A stretch of DNA of 64,000 bases from Corynebacterium casei (GTDB taxonomy: Bacteria; Actinomycetota; Actinomycetes; Mycobacteriales; Mycobacteriaceae). The position numbers and the translations under genes are program-made. Positions 47,289 through 56,593 of the stretch are shown piece after piece (the stretch's first letter is position 1; the number at the start of each line of letters is the position of its first letter). The notes beneath the pieces are model-generated. The model saw only the letters and a list, made by a program, of their open reading frames with translations, did no database searches and was not told the origin of the DNA. The DNA lies in contig JAUNRU010000005.1 of the NCBI GenBank assembly GCA_030535535.1, forward strand, positions 164-64,163, read 5' to 3'.

Positions 47289-47684
47289 AGATGGTCAAAA
47301 TACTATCCCTATTTTCAATCAAATTACGACGACGTTGCACTGTTGAAGGTTTCAGAGGAACTGCATTATAGCGGATTCAAACTACCAGAGACCGAACTCG
47401 AATCAGCTGATGAAGCACAGTTAATAGGGTATGGCGCAGGAAAATCATATCCAACAATAGCCAAAGTAAGAATCGAACAGTTTCACGCTGTTTACAGTCT
47501 ATTGAATTATGAATTTCATGATATTTTCGAGTCTGAATCGGTCGCAGAAGCTCGAGGCTGTGGTGGTGATTCTGGAGGCGGAATCATTAAACAAGATGTC
47601 ATCTACGCAGTACACACCGGCGGCACCCTTGAATCATGGGGTGTCTACGGCACGGCCCACTTAAGGAATTCTACAGAGAGTTAG
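47289..47684 (+). pseudogene. 5'-truncated trypsin-like (S1) serine protease remnant
   Basis: Frame contains DDVALLKV (catalytic Asp) and CGGDSGG (catalytic Ser), but an in-frame TAG at 47286 leaves no His motif or signal peptide; AT-richer than flanks. Confidence 0.65.
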
Positions 47685-47688
47685 CATC

Positions 47689-47982
47689 ATGAAAATCGAC
47701 AATCACTCAAATGCTCCACGCAGGGAGGGGATCCTTAGCGATTTCACCATCACATTGAGGTGGGCGGCCTTGATGATTGTCTTGTGCCTGCTCTACGTGC
47801 TGGTCTTAAAGCCAGCCCTGAGGGAAGAGCCTTATCTTGAGGCTCTTAAAGCAACTTGGCAGGAAAGTGGGATGCGCTTGAACGTATCCATCGGAGTTGT
47901 CTTGCTAGTCACCGTCATTGCATACGTCATCATTCGTATACGAAACAGCCGCAACTCGCACGGTAACGACACTGGAAACTAG
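47689..47982 (+). CDS. Hypothetical membrane protein (2 TM)
   Basis: 97 aa, two hydrophobic helices, followed by a hairpin. Confidence 0.55.
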   Translation: MKIDNHSNAPRREGILSDFTITLRWAALMIVLCLLYVLVLKPALREEPYLEALKATWQESGMRLNVSIGVVLLVTVIAYVIIRIRNSRNSHGNDTGN

Positions 47983-48035
47983 CAGCACAAGCACCCACAA
48001 CTCGCCCGGACTAACCAAAATTCGTTCTGTCATTC

Positions 48036-48090
48036 AGGCCGGACTCAAGGCAGGGAAGACAATCCCAACTTGAGTCAGGCCTTTCTGTTT
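48036..48090 (+). terminator. Probable terminator
   Basis: AGGCC-GGACTCAAG...CTTGAGTC-AGGCCT + TTCTGTTT. Confidence 0.55.
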
Positions 48091-48332
48091 GCTGTGAATC
48101 CTCGCGAGCGAATGAAGAATGCGCGGAACGCAACTACCATGAAGCGCAAAGCCTCCCGCCGGGTGAGCCCAGTGGATTTCGCTTGAGTCGCCGTGCTGCT
48201 CCGCAGCGCATCAACGCGAGCGAAATGCACAAGAAAAGGTCGAATTCTGAACAGTTGTGACTGCAAGTTCTAACGAACATTCTAGTTTTGTGACGTTTCT
48301 ACCTGCAGTTTCAAATTATTATTAGTTAAAGG

Positions 48333-48361
48333 TTGACGTAACACGCAACTGGTGCCATAAT
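48333..48361 (+). promoter_or_regulatory. sigma-A promoter of yceI-family gene
   Basis: TTGACG-N17-CATAAT. Confidence 0.7.
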
Positions 48362-48363
48362 CA

Positions 48364-48381
48364 TTGTTGTTGCGTCAACAA
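48364..48381. promoter_or_regulatory. RosR-like (MarR) operator
   Basis: TTGTTGTTGCGTCAACAA, 17/18 to the recalled C. glutamicum RosR consensus TTGTTGAYRYRTCAACWA, just downstream of the -10. Confidence 0.65.
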
Positions 48382-48437
48382 AGGTTGATGCCGAAGCTAA
48401 ATCGAGAACATCTCAAACAACTACTTAGGAGTACACA

Positions 48438-48974
48438 ATGTCTAACTTCACCGGTTCTTACACCCTGGACCCAACCCACACCGTCATCGGTTTCGTAGCT
48501 CGCCACGCAATGGTTACCAAGGTTCGCGGCAAGTTCAACGAGTGGGACGCAAAGATTGAGATTGCTGAGACCCCAGCAGAATCCAACATCGAGGTTGTAG
48601 TTAAGACCGCTTCCGTTGACACCGGCAACGCTGACCGTGACGGCCACGTTCGCGCTGATGACTTCTTCAACTCTGAAGCATTCCCAGACATGGTGTTCAA
48701 GGCTACCGACTTCAACATCGACGAGAACGGCAACGGCACCCTGACCGGCGACCTGACCATCCGCGAGACCACCAAGTCTGTCACCCTGGACGTTGAGACC
48801 GAGGGCATCGCTGAGGATCCATTCGGCAACACCCGCGTTGGCTTCGAGGCTTCCACCAAGATCGACCGCACCGAGTTCGGCCTGAACTTCAACGCTCCAC
48901 TGAACACCGGCGGCGTTCTGGTTTCCGAGAAGGTCACCATCGAGATCGAGGGTTCTGCAATCAAGAACGCTTAA
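48438..48974 (+). CDS. YceI family protein
   Basis: LDPTHT.IGF.ARH, VRGKF, TGNADRDGH, GDLTIR, DRTEFG. Confidence 0.93.
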   Translation: MSNFTGSYTLDPTHTVIGFVARHAMVTKVRGKFNEWDAKIEIAETPAESNIEVVVKTASVDTGNADRDGHVRADDFFNSEAFPDMVFKATDFNIDENGNGTLTGDLTIRETTKSVTLDVETEGIAEDPFGNTRVGFEASTKIDRTEFGLNFNAPLNTGGVLVSEKVTIEIEGSAIKNA

Positions 48975-49019
48975 GTTCTCCTCGCGGTGGATCTCTTACC
49001 GCAATAACTTCATAAAATT

Positions 49020-49057
49020 GAGGGCCTGATTCCGAAGCAATTCGGTTTCAGGCCCTC
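49020..49057. terminator. Bidirectional terminator
   Basis: GAGGGCCTGA...TCAGGCCCTC between convergent genes. Confidence 0.7.
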
Positions 49058-49075
49058 GCTTTGTTTTGCCCAAAC

Positions 49076-50809
49076 TTATGCAGACCAGGCCTGCCAGAGC
49101 TTTTCGTAGGTGCCGCCGAGTGCGCGGAGCTGCTCGTGGGTTCCGGATTCTTTGATGGCCCCGGCTTCCATGACAATGATGCGGTCGGCGCGGGCTGCTT
49201 GATCGAGGCGGTGCGCGACAATCAGGGAAGCGCGGTGTTCGACAACTGCATTCGCGGCGCGTTCGAGGCGTTGCGCGTGATCAGAACCGGCTTCAGCCGT
49301 GGCCTCATCCAGCACCACCAAGTCAGGGTCCGCGAGTTCCACGCGTGCGAGCGACAGCATCTGGGTTTCCACGGCTGACAGACGGAACTCGCCATCACCA
49401 AGCATGGTGTTGATGCCCTGGGGGAGACGCTCAATCCAGGAATCACCAACCGTGGCCAAGGCTGTGAGAATCTCATCATCGCTCGCCTCCGGCTTAGCCA
49501 TGCGCACATTGTCCAAAACGGTGCCGCGGAAGCAGTGCATCTCCTGGCTGACCATGGCGATAGAACCGCGCAGCTGCTGCGGATCAACATCATCAATCCC
49601 AGTTTCAGAAAGATGCACCCGCCCAGCAGTCGGGCGCAGGAGGCCCGCTGCGATCAATGCCAACGTGCTTTTTCCGGCGCCGGTAGCGCCCACCACGGCG
49701 ATGTGTTCACCGGGTTTGATAGCTAGTGAAACATCATGAATAACAGGATTCTGATCGAAGGTGTGATGGACACTGTCCAGCACCAGCGTTGGGTTCTGTG
49801 GGGCAGGGGATTCACCACGGACCTGCTCGCCGGCGGTGTCAATGACACCAACCATGCGGATGAGCGATGCGCCGGCAGATTGAATATCAGCGAACATGCC
49901 CACCAAAACGCCGATGGGACCAAACAGTCGGTGGAAGATGAGCGCTGCCGTGGATACTGCACCGACTGTGACGAGGTCTTCATTGACCAGGTAGAAGCCG
50001 GTGGCCATGATGGCAATGAGCGTGATGCACTCCGCGCGGTTGTTGCGCGAGAACGCCCAGGTCAAGAACTTGAATACGGAGATCGAAATATCGCGGGCTT
50101 GGGCAGAAGCATCATCAACGCGCTTGAGCTCCAGCGCCTCCGCGCGGTAGGCACGAAGAGTCTGCGCACCTTCAACGGCACCGATTAACCGCTGCGTGCG
50201 AACGCCGAAAGCTTCACGCTCTTTGGTGTACATCGGCCCCGAACGCGGCAAATAAACCCGCAGGGTAGTCCAGTACAAAGGAATAGCAATCAGGCCAACC
50301 AGCCCCAGGCGCCAATCCACCGCGGTCATACCGATAGCGGAGACAATGACGGTGAAACCTGCCTGCACCACCAGTGGCATCACGGTGCTTGCCGCGGTGG
50401 AGACCTCACGGGAGTCATCAGCAACGCGGGAGACTAAGTCACCACGCCCTGCTCTTTCCACGGTGTGCGCATCCAGGCTAAGCGCGGCATCCAGGACAGA
50501 TTCGCGCAGGGAGGCAATTGCCGGTTCCAGTACGCGTGCCAGCAGCACCGCACCCCACCAGGTACCGGCACTAGCGACCACGCCGCCAGCAACAATGAGC
50601 ACTGCGTAGATAATAACCTGCCCGAAGTCTGGACTGACGAGGAGCTTGTCCACCACAACACCAACAGCCCATGGACCAATCAAGCCTGCAACCGCGGTGA
50701 GCAGGCCCAGGATAAGTACGCCGATGAGCTTTAAGCGGTGGGGTTTGAGTTCTGCGAGAGCTACTGAAAACGCGCGCTTGGGGCGCGCGGAGGGCAATAC
50801 GGTACTCAT
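49076..50809 (-). CDS. ABC transporter fused permease/ATP-binding subunit (exporter fold)
   Basis: TMD plus GATGAGKS, SQE, LDEATA, AHRL; degenerate signature LSAVE. Confidence 0.9.
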   Translation of the reverse strand: MSTVLPSARPKRAFSVALAELKPHRLKLIGVLILGLLTAVAGLIGPWAVGVVVDKLLVSPDFGQVIIYAVLIVAGGVVASAGTWWGAVLLARVLEPAIASLRESVLDAALSLDAHTVERAGRGDLVSRVADDSREVSTAASTVMPLVVQAGFTVIVSAIGMTAVDWRLGLVGLIAIPLYWTTLRVYLPRSGPMYTKEREAFGVRTQRLIGAVEGAQTLRAYRAEALELKRVDDASAQARDISISVFKFLTWAFSRNNRAECITLIAIMATGFYLVNEDLVTVGAVSTAALIFHRLFGPIGVLVGMFADIQSAGASLIRMVGVIDTAGEQVRGESPAPQNPTLVLDSVHHTFDQNPVIHDVSLAIKPGEHIAVVGATGAGKSTLALIAAGLLRPTAGRVHLSETGIDDVDPQQLRGSIAMVSQEMHCFRGTVLDNVRMAKPEASDDEILTALATVGDSWIERLPQGINTMLGDGEFRLSAVETQMLSLARVELADPDLVVLDEATAEAGSDHAQRLERAANAVVEHRASLIVAHRLDQAARADRIIVMEAGAIKESGTHEQLRALGGTYEKLWQAWSA

Positions 50810-52251
50810 TCAATCACCCGATCTGCGATGTGGCGGAAAGCTGGAGAGGTGCTGAGCACCATGGTGGTTTTACCCGCGCGGTACTCGCGGATTCCCTGCG
50901 CGATGTTGACCTCAGTCACCGAATCCACCGCGCTGGTCGGATCAACAAGAACCAAAACATCAGGATCAGCATGCAGGGCTCGTGCCAGTGCAATGCGTTG
51001 GCGCTGTCCGCCGGAGAGGTTGCTGCCGGAATCCCGTACTTGGGCATCCAAGCCCTCGGGGAGTGCGGCCACAATATCCGTGGCGCCAGAGGCAGCCAGG
51101 ACGGAATCATCAACTACTGCTGCCGGATCATGATCCATCGCGATATTGGAACGGATGGTTCCTTCAAACACGTCAGCGGCATGCGGCACGATAAGCGCGC
51201 CCTCATGCTGCTCCGGAAGGGTAAGGGAATCAGGATTAGCCACAATAAACGTGGAACCCGAAACATCAAGATCCGCAGGATTGGTTTCTTTGTCCTCTTC
51301 AACATTTAAGAACTCAGACACGCGGTTCGCCGCACCATGCGCGACAGCAGCTGCATTGATGGAGTTACTCAACAGGCGAATCGGCTCAGAGAGATAGACG
51401 CCAATACCAATAATGGCAATCAGTTGGCCTGGCTCCAGCTGCCCGGAGGAAACGCGCCACGCGGCCATCAACAGCACCGCGGCCAGGTTGATTGCCACGG
51501 CTAGTTCACCAATACCGGCGACCTTGCCGGTGGCGGCAGCAGTATTAATAGCAGCCTTGGCGGATTCTTGTGATGCCTGGTGATAAGCCGAGCTTGCCCA
51601 ACGCTCACCACCGATTGCCTTAATCACGCGCAGACCAAGCATGGTGTCACCGACCTGCGCACCAGCGGTAGCCAGAGTTGCTTGTTGGGTGGAGCTGCGT
51701 TGGGAAATACCACGACTAGATACAGCCACGATGCCGGAGATAATCGGTGCGATGATGAGCACGATGAGACCCACCAGCCAGTCACTGAACAACAAGAAGA
51801 TCGCAGCACCGGCAAAACCCGCGAGGGCCGAAACGCCAGTGCCAAGCTGTCCGAAGATCCTGGTGATGGAATCTGCGTCCGCTGTGGAACGAGACATGAC
51901 TTCACCCGGAACCAAGTCCTTGGTGGACATCTTGGTCAGCGCATGTGATGCCACTTCCACACGCAGCGCGTGAGATTCATGATTCACTGCGCGGTTGAGC
52001 GCACGCGAGCCAATGCGGTAGGAACCACTCAGCACGAAGAACAGCACCGCGAAACTGACGAGGGAGATAACCAACAGCCGCAGGTCCCGTGGCAGCACCG
52101 CATGGTCAATGATCAAACCAATAGCAATGGGAACTAGTGCCTCACTGAGCTGCCATATGCCTAGAAAGAAAGCGCCGGGTACAGCGCGTTTCCACTGCCT
52201 TTTTACGGTGCGCCGCAACATAAATGAGCCACCTGGCTCCGCTGCCTTCAT
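50806..52251 (-). CDS. ABC transporter fused permease with degenerate NBD
   Basis: TMD plus LSGGQRQR but no Walker A; stop overlaps partner start (ATGA). Confidence 0.85.
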   Translation of the reverse strand: MKAAEPGGSFMLRRTVKRQWKRAVPGAFFLGIWQLSEALVPIAIGLIIDHAVLPRDLRLLVISLVSFAVLFFVLSGSYRIGSRALNRAVNHESHALRVEVASHALTKMSTKDLVPGEVMSRSTADADSITRIFGQLGTGVSALAGFAGAAIFLLFSDWLVGLIVLIIAPIISGIVAVSSRGISQRSSTQQATLATAGAQVGDTMLGLRVIKAIGGERWASSAYHQASQESAKAAINTAAATGKVAGIGELAVAINLAAVLLMAAWRVSSGQLEPGQLIAIIGIGVYLSEPIRLLSNSINAAAVAHGAANRVSEFLNVEEDKETNPADLDVSGSTFIVANPDSLTLPEQHEGALIVPHAADVFEGTIRSNIAMDHDPAAVVDDSVLAASGATDIVAALPEGLDAQVRDSGSNLSGGQRQRIALARALHADPDVLVLVDPTSAVDSVTEVNIAQGIREYRAGKTTMVLSTSPAFRHIADRVIE

Positions 52252-52431
52252 AGCAACCTTTCCCCGGTTAAATTCTGAACTTCTGAATCTACCCCTTATC
52301 CATCTTTAGTACGAGACCCCCTCGCATAAAAACACACCACCCAGATAATCCTTCATCGGTATCTGTGGTGGTGCGTTGGAGAGGGCATCGGCAAGCAATG
52401 CCCCTTTGCGTTGTGGCTGTTGTACGGAAGC

Positions 52432-52866
52432 TTAGGAAGGATTCACGGAGCCGTTGACGGCCCAGCTGACGCCGAAACGGTCGCGAACGTGGCCGTAAAG
52501 CTCGCCCCATGGTGCAACTTCCAAAGGCAGCACAACTTCGCCGCCGGTGGAGGTGAACTTGTCCCAGTAGCCACGCGCCTCCGCCTCATCATCGCAAATA
52601 AGCAGCAGGGAATACGGGGTGCCATCTAGCCCAGGCGCATCCGCTTCCATGGCGTCACCACCGGCGATGGACACGACATCGGAATCAAGGGTGGCGTTCG
52701 CGACGGCATCAGGGTTGATCTCAAATGGGAACTGCTCGGCATCCTGTTCTGGGAACTGGCCGTAGGTCAGAACTTGCAAGTCGCCGCCGAAAATGGAGTG
52801 GTAATACTCGAAAGCTTCCTTCGCGGTGCCGGGGAAGCTGATGTAGGTATAGGACTTTACGGACAT
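52432..52866 (-). CDS. VOC family protein (PhnB/YjdN-like)
   Basis: AKEAFEYYHSIFGG, PWGELYGHVRDRFGVSW; SD GGAGG. Confidence 0.88.
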   Translation of the reverse strand: MSVKSYTYISFPGTAKEAFEYYHSIFGGDLQVLTYGQFPEQDAEQFPFEINPDAVANATLDSDVVSIAGGDAMEADAPGLDGTPYSLLLICDDEAEARGYWDKFTSTGGEVVLPLEVAPWGELYGHVRDRFGVSWAVNGSVNPS

Positions 52867-52998
52867 GGGCATCCTCCAATGGATGGGCGTGTCGCGGCTC
52901 TGTTTGAGCCGTTCCCTTTTAAGCGTACAGCCATGATTGTGACCCGAACACCCCTAAATTGTGCCCGGGGTCATATTTATTTTCATACTGGTTCTACA

Positions 52999-55572
52999 AT
53001 GACAGGCATGCCTCAAGCCAATCTCACCCATATTGAAGCCCAGTTTCGTGCAGAAGCGCTCACCCTCAGCGCATATCACCTGCACCTGGACATATCTCAA
53101 GCAGCTAACCACGAGGAAAAGACCTACCCGGTTACTTCCCGCATTGCGTTCCGCACATCGGAGCCTGAACTTTTCATTGATTACTTGGGCACGGATGTCA
53201 CTGCGCTGACTATCAACAACGAGCCCGCTGATGTTGATTTCCGTAATGGGCGTATCTACCTGCACGATCTTCCTACTAATAAAGATCTCACGGTTGAGAT
53301 TGCTGGCCTGTCCAGCTACTCCCGCAGTGGTCAGGGCCTGCACCGCATGCACGATACTGCCGATGGCAAGACCTATCTCTACTCCCACCTTGAGCCTTCC
53401 GATGCCCGCCGCATCTTCCCGTGCTTTGAACAGCCTGACCTCAAGGCGAAGTTTCACGTGAAACTTTCCGCACCCGCAGCGTGGGAGATCCTCTCCAACC
53501 AACCTGAAATCTCCCGAGAGATTTCCGGATCGACTTCGAGCAACAGTGGGGAAGTAGCGGAAGTAGCGACTGTTGAGTTTGCGGCGACGCCACTGCTCTC
53601 GACGTACCTGACATCGTTCGCAGCAGGGCCTTATGCCTCAAAGAAGCAGACGTGGACTGCACCGGATGAGTCACTCACCGTGGAGCTTCGATCTTTCGCG
53701 CGTGCTTCGATGGCGGAGTTTTTGGATGATGAGATCTTGGAACTGACAGCTCAGGGTATGGATTTCTTCCATGAGAACTTTGACTTCCCGTACCCGTGGG
53801 GCAAGTATGATTCCATCTTCGTGCCGGAATACAACCTCGGCGCGATGGAAAACCCCGGCCTTGTGACTTTTACAGAGTCCTATCTCTTCCGTTCGGCGCC
53901 GACGCGTGCGCAGCATGCAGCGCGCACGAATACCATCCTGCATGAGATGTCCCATATGTGGTTCGGTGACTTGGTCACGCCGCAGTGGTGGGATGATTTG
54001 TGGTTGAAGGAATCCTTCGCCGAGTACATGGGTGCGGATTCTTCTGTGCATGCCACGCAGTATGTGGAAGGCTGGACTAACTTTGCTGGCAGCCGCAAGA
54101 ATTGGGCTTATGCCCAGGATCAGCTGCCCACCACGCACCCGATCAAAGCAGAGATCCCGGATGTAGATGCCGCACGTCAGAACTTTGATGGCATTACTTA
54201 TGCCAAGGGTGCGGCGGTGCTCAAGCAGCTGGTGCATTATGTGGGCCGTGATGAGTTTTATGCCGGTGCGCGTGACTACTTTAAGGCTCACGCCTTTGCC
54301 GCGGCGACCTTTGATGATTTGCTCGATAGCCTGCGCAATCACACAGACCGCGATCTTGATACCTGGTCTGATGCTTGGTTGAAGACTTCGGGTCCGGATA
54401 CACTCACGCCGGAAATCACGGTCACCGATGACGCCATTGAGTCTTTGACTATCGCGGCTTCAGCTGAGGGCGCGACTCGTCCGCACCGCGTGAGCATTTC
54501 GCTTTTCGATGCCTCGCTCACCCGCACCGAGACCTTTGACTTAGATATTACTGCAGGTAGCAGCACTACCACGATCGCAGAAGCGCAGGGCAAGCCGGCA
54601 CCGAGTCTTATTCTTATCAACGATGGTGACCACACCTATGCCAAGGTTCGCTTCGATGACACCTCGCTGGAAACTCTTCGTGGGCGTTTGAGTGAGTTGC
54701 GCGGTGGGGCAGAAGAAGAGCTGTCCCGCGCGGTTATTTGGACTGCTCTGTGGAATATGACCCGTGATGGTAAGTGGGCTGCCACCGCATTCATCGATAC
54801 CGTCTTGCAGCACGCACCGGCGGAAGACAACACGAACTTGATGGGCACCAACTTTGCCAATGCACGCTTCGCCGTCAAGAATTTCCTGGCTGAGGAACAC
54901 CGCGATGACAAGCGTGCTGAAGTAGCAACTAAGTTCTGGGAGCTTCTCTCCAAGGCGGAAGCGGGCTCTGATGCACAGTTGACCATCGCGCGCTCAGCCA
55001 TCGCTACGCTTGCAGCCACCCCGGAGGACTCCGGCACCAAGCGCCTGAAGGACATTCTGGACGGCAAGATTGAAGGTCTAGAACTTAGCCCTGATATCCG
55101 CTGGTCCACCATTCAAGCGCTGGCCGCGCGCGATGCCGTGTCCGAAGACGTATTGGAAGAACAGCGCCACAGCGATAACACCTTGACCGGTGCGGCAGAG
55201 TACCTAGGCGCGAAGTACAGCTTCCCAACGGCGGAGAATAAGCGCTACATCTTTGACCAAGTGCGCATTCCGGAGGCCTATTCCAATGCCGAGGTGCTGC
55301 AGCTGCTGGCAGCTTTTGGTGCACCAGGTTCTTCAGAGCTGACCGACGGTTTCGCCGAGGAATTCTTCGAGGTCCTAGACACCATCTGGGCCGAGCACCC
55401 CATCGAGATTGCGAACCACATTGTTCGTGGACTGTTCCCCAACCAAGAGATGGCATTGGATGCGACGGACAAGTTCTTAAGCCAAGGCGAGGTTCCAGGT
55501 GCGCTCCGCCGCGTGCTGTTGGAATGCCAGGAAAACGTGCGTCGCAACCTCATAGTGCAAAACGCGCAGTAG
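52999..55572 (+). CDS. pepN: Aminopeptidase N (M1 family)
   Basis: GAMEN, HEMSHMWFGDLVT...WLKES, FDGITYAKG; start moved to ATG 52999. Confidence 0.93.
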   Translation: MTGMPQANLTHIEAQFRAEALTLSAYHLHLDISQAANHEEKTYPVTSRIAFRTSEPELFIDYLGTDVTALTINNEPADVDFRNGRIYLHDLPTNKDLTVEIAGLSSYSRSGQGLHRMHDTADGKTYLYSHLEPSDARRIFPCFEQPDLKAKFHVKLSAPAAWEILSNQPEISREISGSTSSNSGEVAEVATVEFAATPLLSTYLTSFAAGPYASKKQTWTAPDESLTVELRSFARASMAEFLDDEILELTAQGMDFFHENFDFPYPWGKYDSIFVPEYNLGAMENPGLVTFTESYLFRSAPTRAQHAARTNTILHEMSHMWFGDLVTPQWWDDLWLKESFAEYMGADSSVHATQYVEGWTNFAGSRKNWAYAQDQLPTTHPIKAEIPDVDAARQNFDGITYAKGAAVLKQLVHYVGRDEFYAGARDYFKAHAFAAATFDDLLDSLRNHTDRDLDTWSDAWLKTSGPDTLTPEITVTDDAIESLTIAASAEGATRPHRVSISLFDASLTRTETFDLDITAGSSTTTIAEAQGKPAPSLILINDGDHTYAKVRFDDTSLETLRGRLSELRGGAEEELSRAVIWTALWNMTRDGKWAATAFIDTVLQHAPAEDNTNLMGTNFANARFAVKNFLAEEHRDDKRAEVATKFWELLSKAEAGSDAQLTIARSAIATLAATPEDSGTKRLKDILDGKIEGLELSPDIRWSTIQALAARDAVSEDVLEEQRHSDNTLTGAAEYLGAKYSFPTAENKRYIFDQVRIPEAYSNAEVLQLLAAFGAPGSSELTDGFAEEFFEVLDTIWAEHPIEIANHIVRGLFPNQEMALDATDKFLSQGEVPGALRRVLLECQENVRRNLIVQNAQ
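53450..53465. other. parS site (inside pepN)
   Basis: AGTTTCACGTGAAACT, perfect 14-bp core within an 18-bp palindrome. Confidence 0.75.
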
Positions 55573-55797
55573 CCAGCCACCCAGTAGCTAGCTATTCAAC
55601 TAGCTACTGAGTAAAAAGTTGCTCCAGAAGTCACTGCATTCGTGACTGAGTAAGGGCACGAAAGGTTGCATTCCTTAGCCCACTTCGGTGGGCAGTAAAC
55701 GCTGGTCGTTTGCTGATTACCCCGAGATAATAGGTGAAGAAACACACCATGTTGTGGTGTGAACATCTTTCATCACAAGATCTCGGGGGAATCGGGG

Positions 55798-56343
55798 ATG
55801 GCTACTGATAATGGGCCCACGGACGAAGAACTGGTTGATGCTTTCATCGCCGGTGACACCAAGGCGTTCTCCGCGATCGTGGAACGCCACCGTGAACAGC
55901 TGTTATACGTTGCCAAGTCCTATACCAAGACGGAAACTGATGCCCAGGACATTGTCCAGGAAACTTTCTTGAAGGCCAGCAATAACCTGCACAACTTCCG
56001 CGCTGAGGCGAAACTCTCCACCTGGCTTAACCGGTTGGTGCGAAATTCTGGTTATGACTATGTTCATCACCGCTCTAATGCGCAGCACCATTCTTTCGAT
56101 GGGGAAGTGGAAGAAGACCGCAACCAGTGGTTATCGCATGAACCACTCATGGGCATTGATACCCGGCTGGATATCCAAGAAGCACTCCAGAACTTACAAC
56201 CTGAGCAGCGCGAGGTGTGGATGCTCACTGAGATCGGCGGGTATTCCCTCAAGGATGTTGCAGGACTGCAAGGAGTAGCGGAAGGAACCGTGAAGTCGCG
56301 GCGATCGCGGGCAAAAACGGCGCTGCGCTCGGCGATTGGTTAA
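55798..56343 (+). CDS. sigM: ECF RNA polymerase sigma factor
   Basis: DAQDIVQETF, TWLNR, EGTVKSRRSR; position upstream of trxB. Alternative start GTG 55759. Confidence 0.85.
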   Translation: MATDNGPTDEELVDAFIAGDTKAFSAIVERHREQLLYVAKSYTKTETDAQDIVQETFLKASNNLHNFRAEAKLSTWLNRLVRNSGYDYVHHRSNAQHHSFDGEVEEDRNQWLSHEPLMGIDTRLDIQEALQNLQPEQREVWMLTEIGGYSLKDVAGLQGVAEGTVKSRRSRAKTALRSAIG

Positions 56344-56593
56344 TCGACGTACTTACGGCGGTAGACTCGCACAAGACAAGGGATCCATCGTCAAGCAAGC
56401 ACCGAGCAAGCCTTATGCGATTCTGTAGCTTTATGCGCGGCACACAGCCCCGACCTGATGACCACGCATGGAGCCTGACAAGTCTGCTTGGCGCGCGGAG
56501 ATGATGAACGCAAATGAAATTAGTTCACGAATAATGCTGTTGATCCTAATGGCGACTACAATCGCCGAAGATAACAAACAGAGGAGTTAGTAC

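Noticed and set aside
48075-48266. 63-aa minus-strand ORF
   Set aside because: TTG start, no SD or domain evidence.
56455-56475. CTGATGA plus short stem resembling a hammerhead ribozyme core
   Set aside because: The required downstream GAAA and stems I/III are absent.
56344-56593. Anti-sigma factor gene or remnant after sigM
   Set aside because: No suitable ORF; absence of an anti-SigM gene here is normal for corynebacteria as far as I recall.
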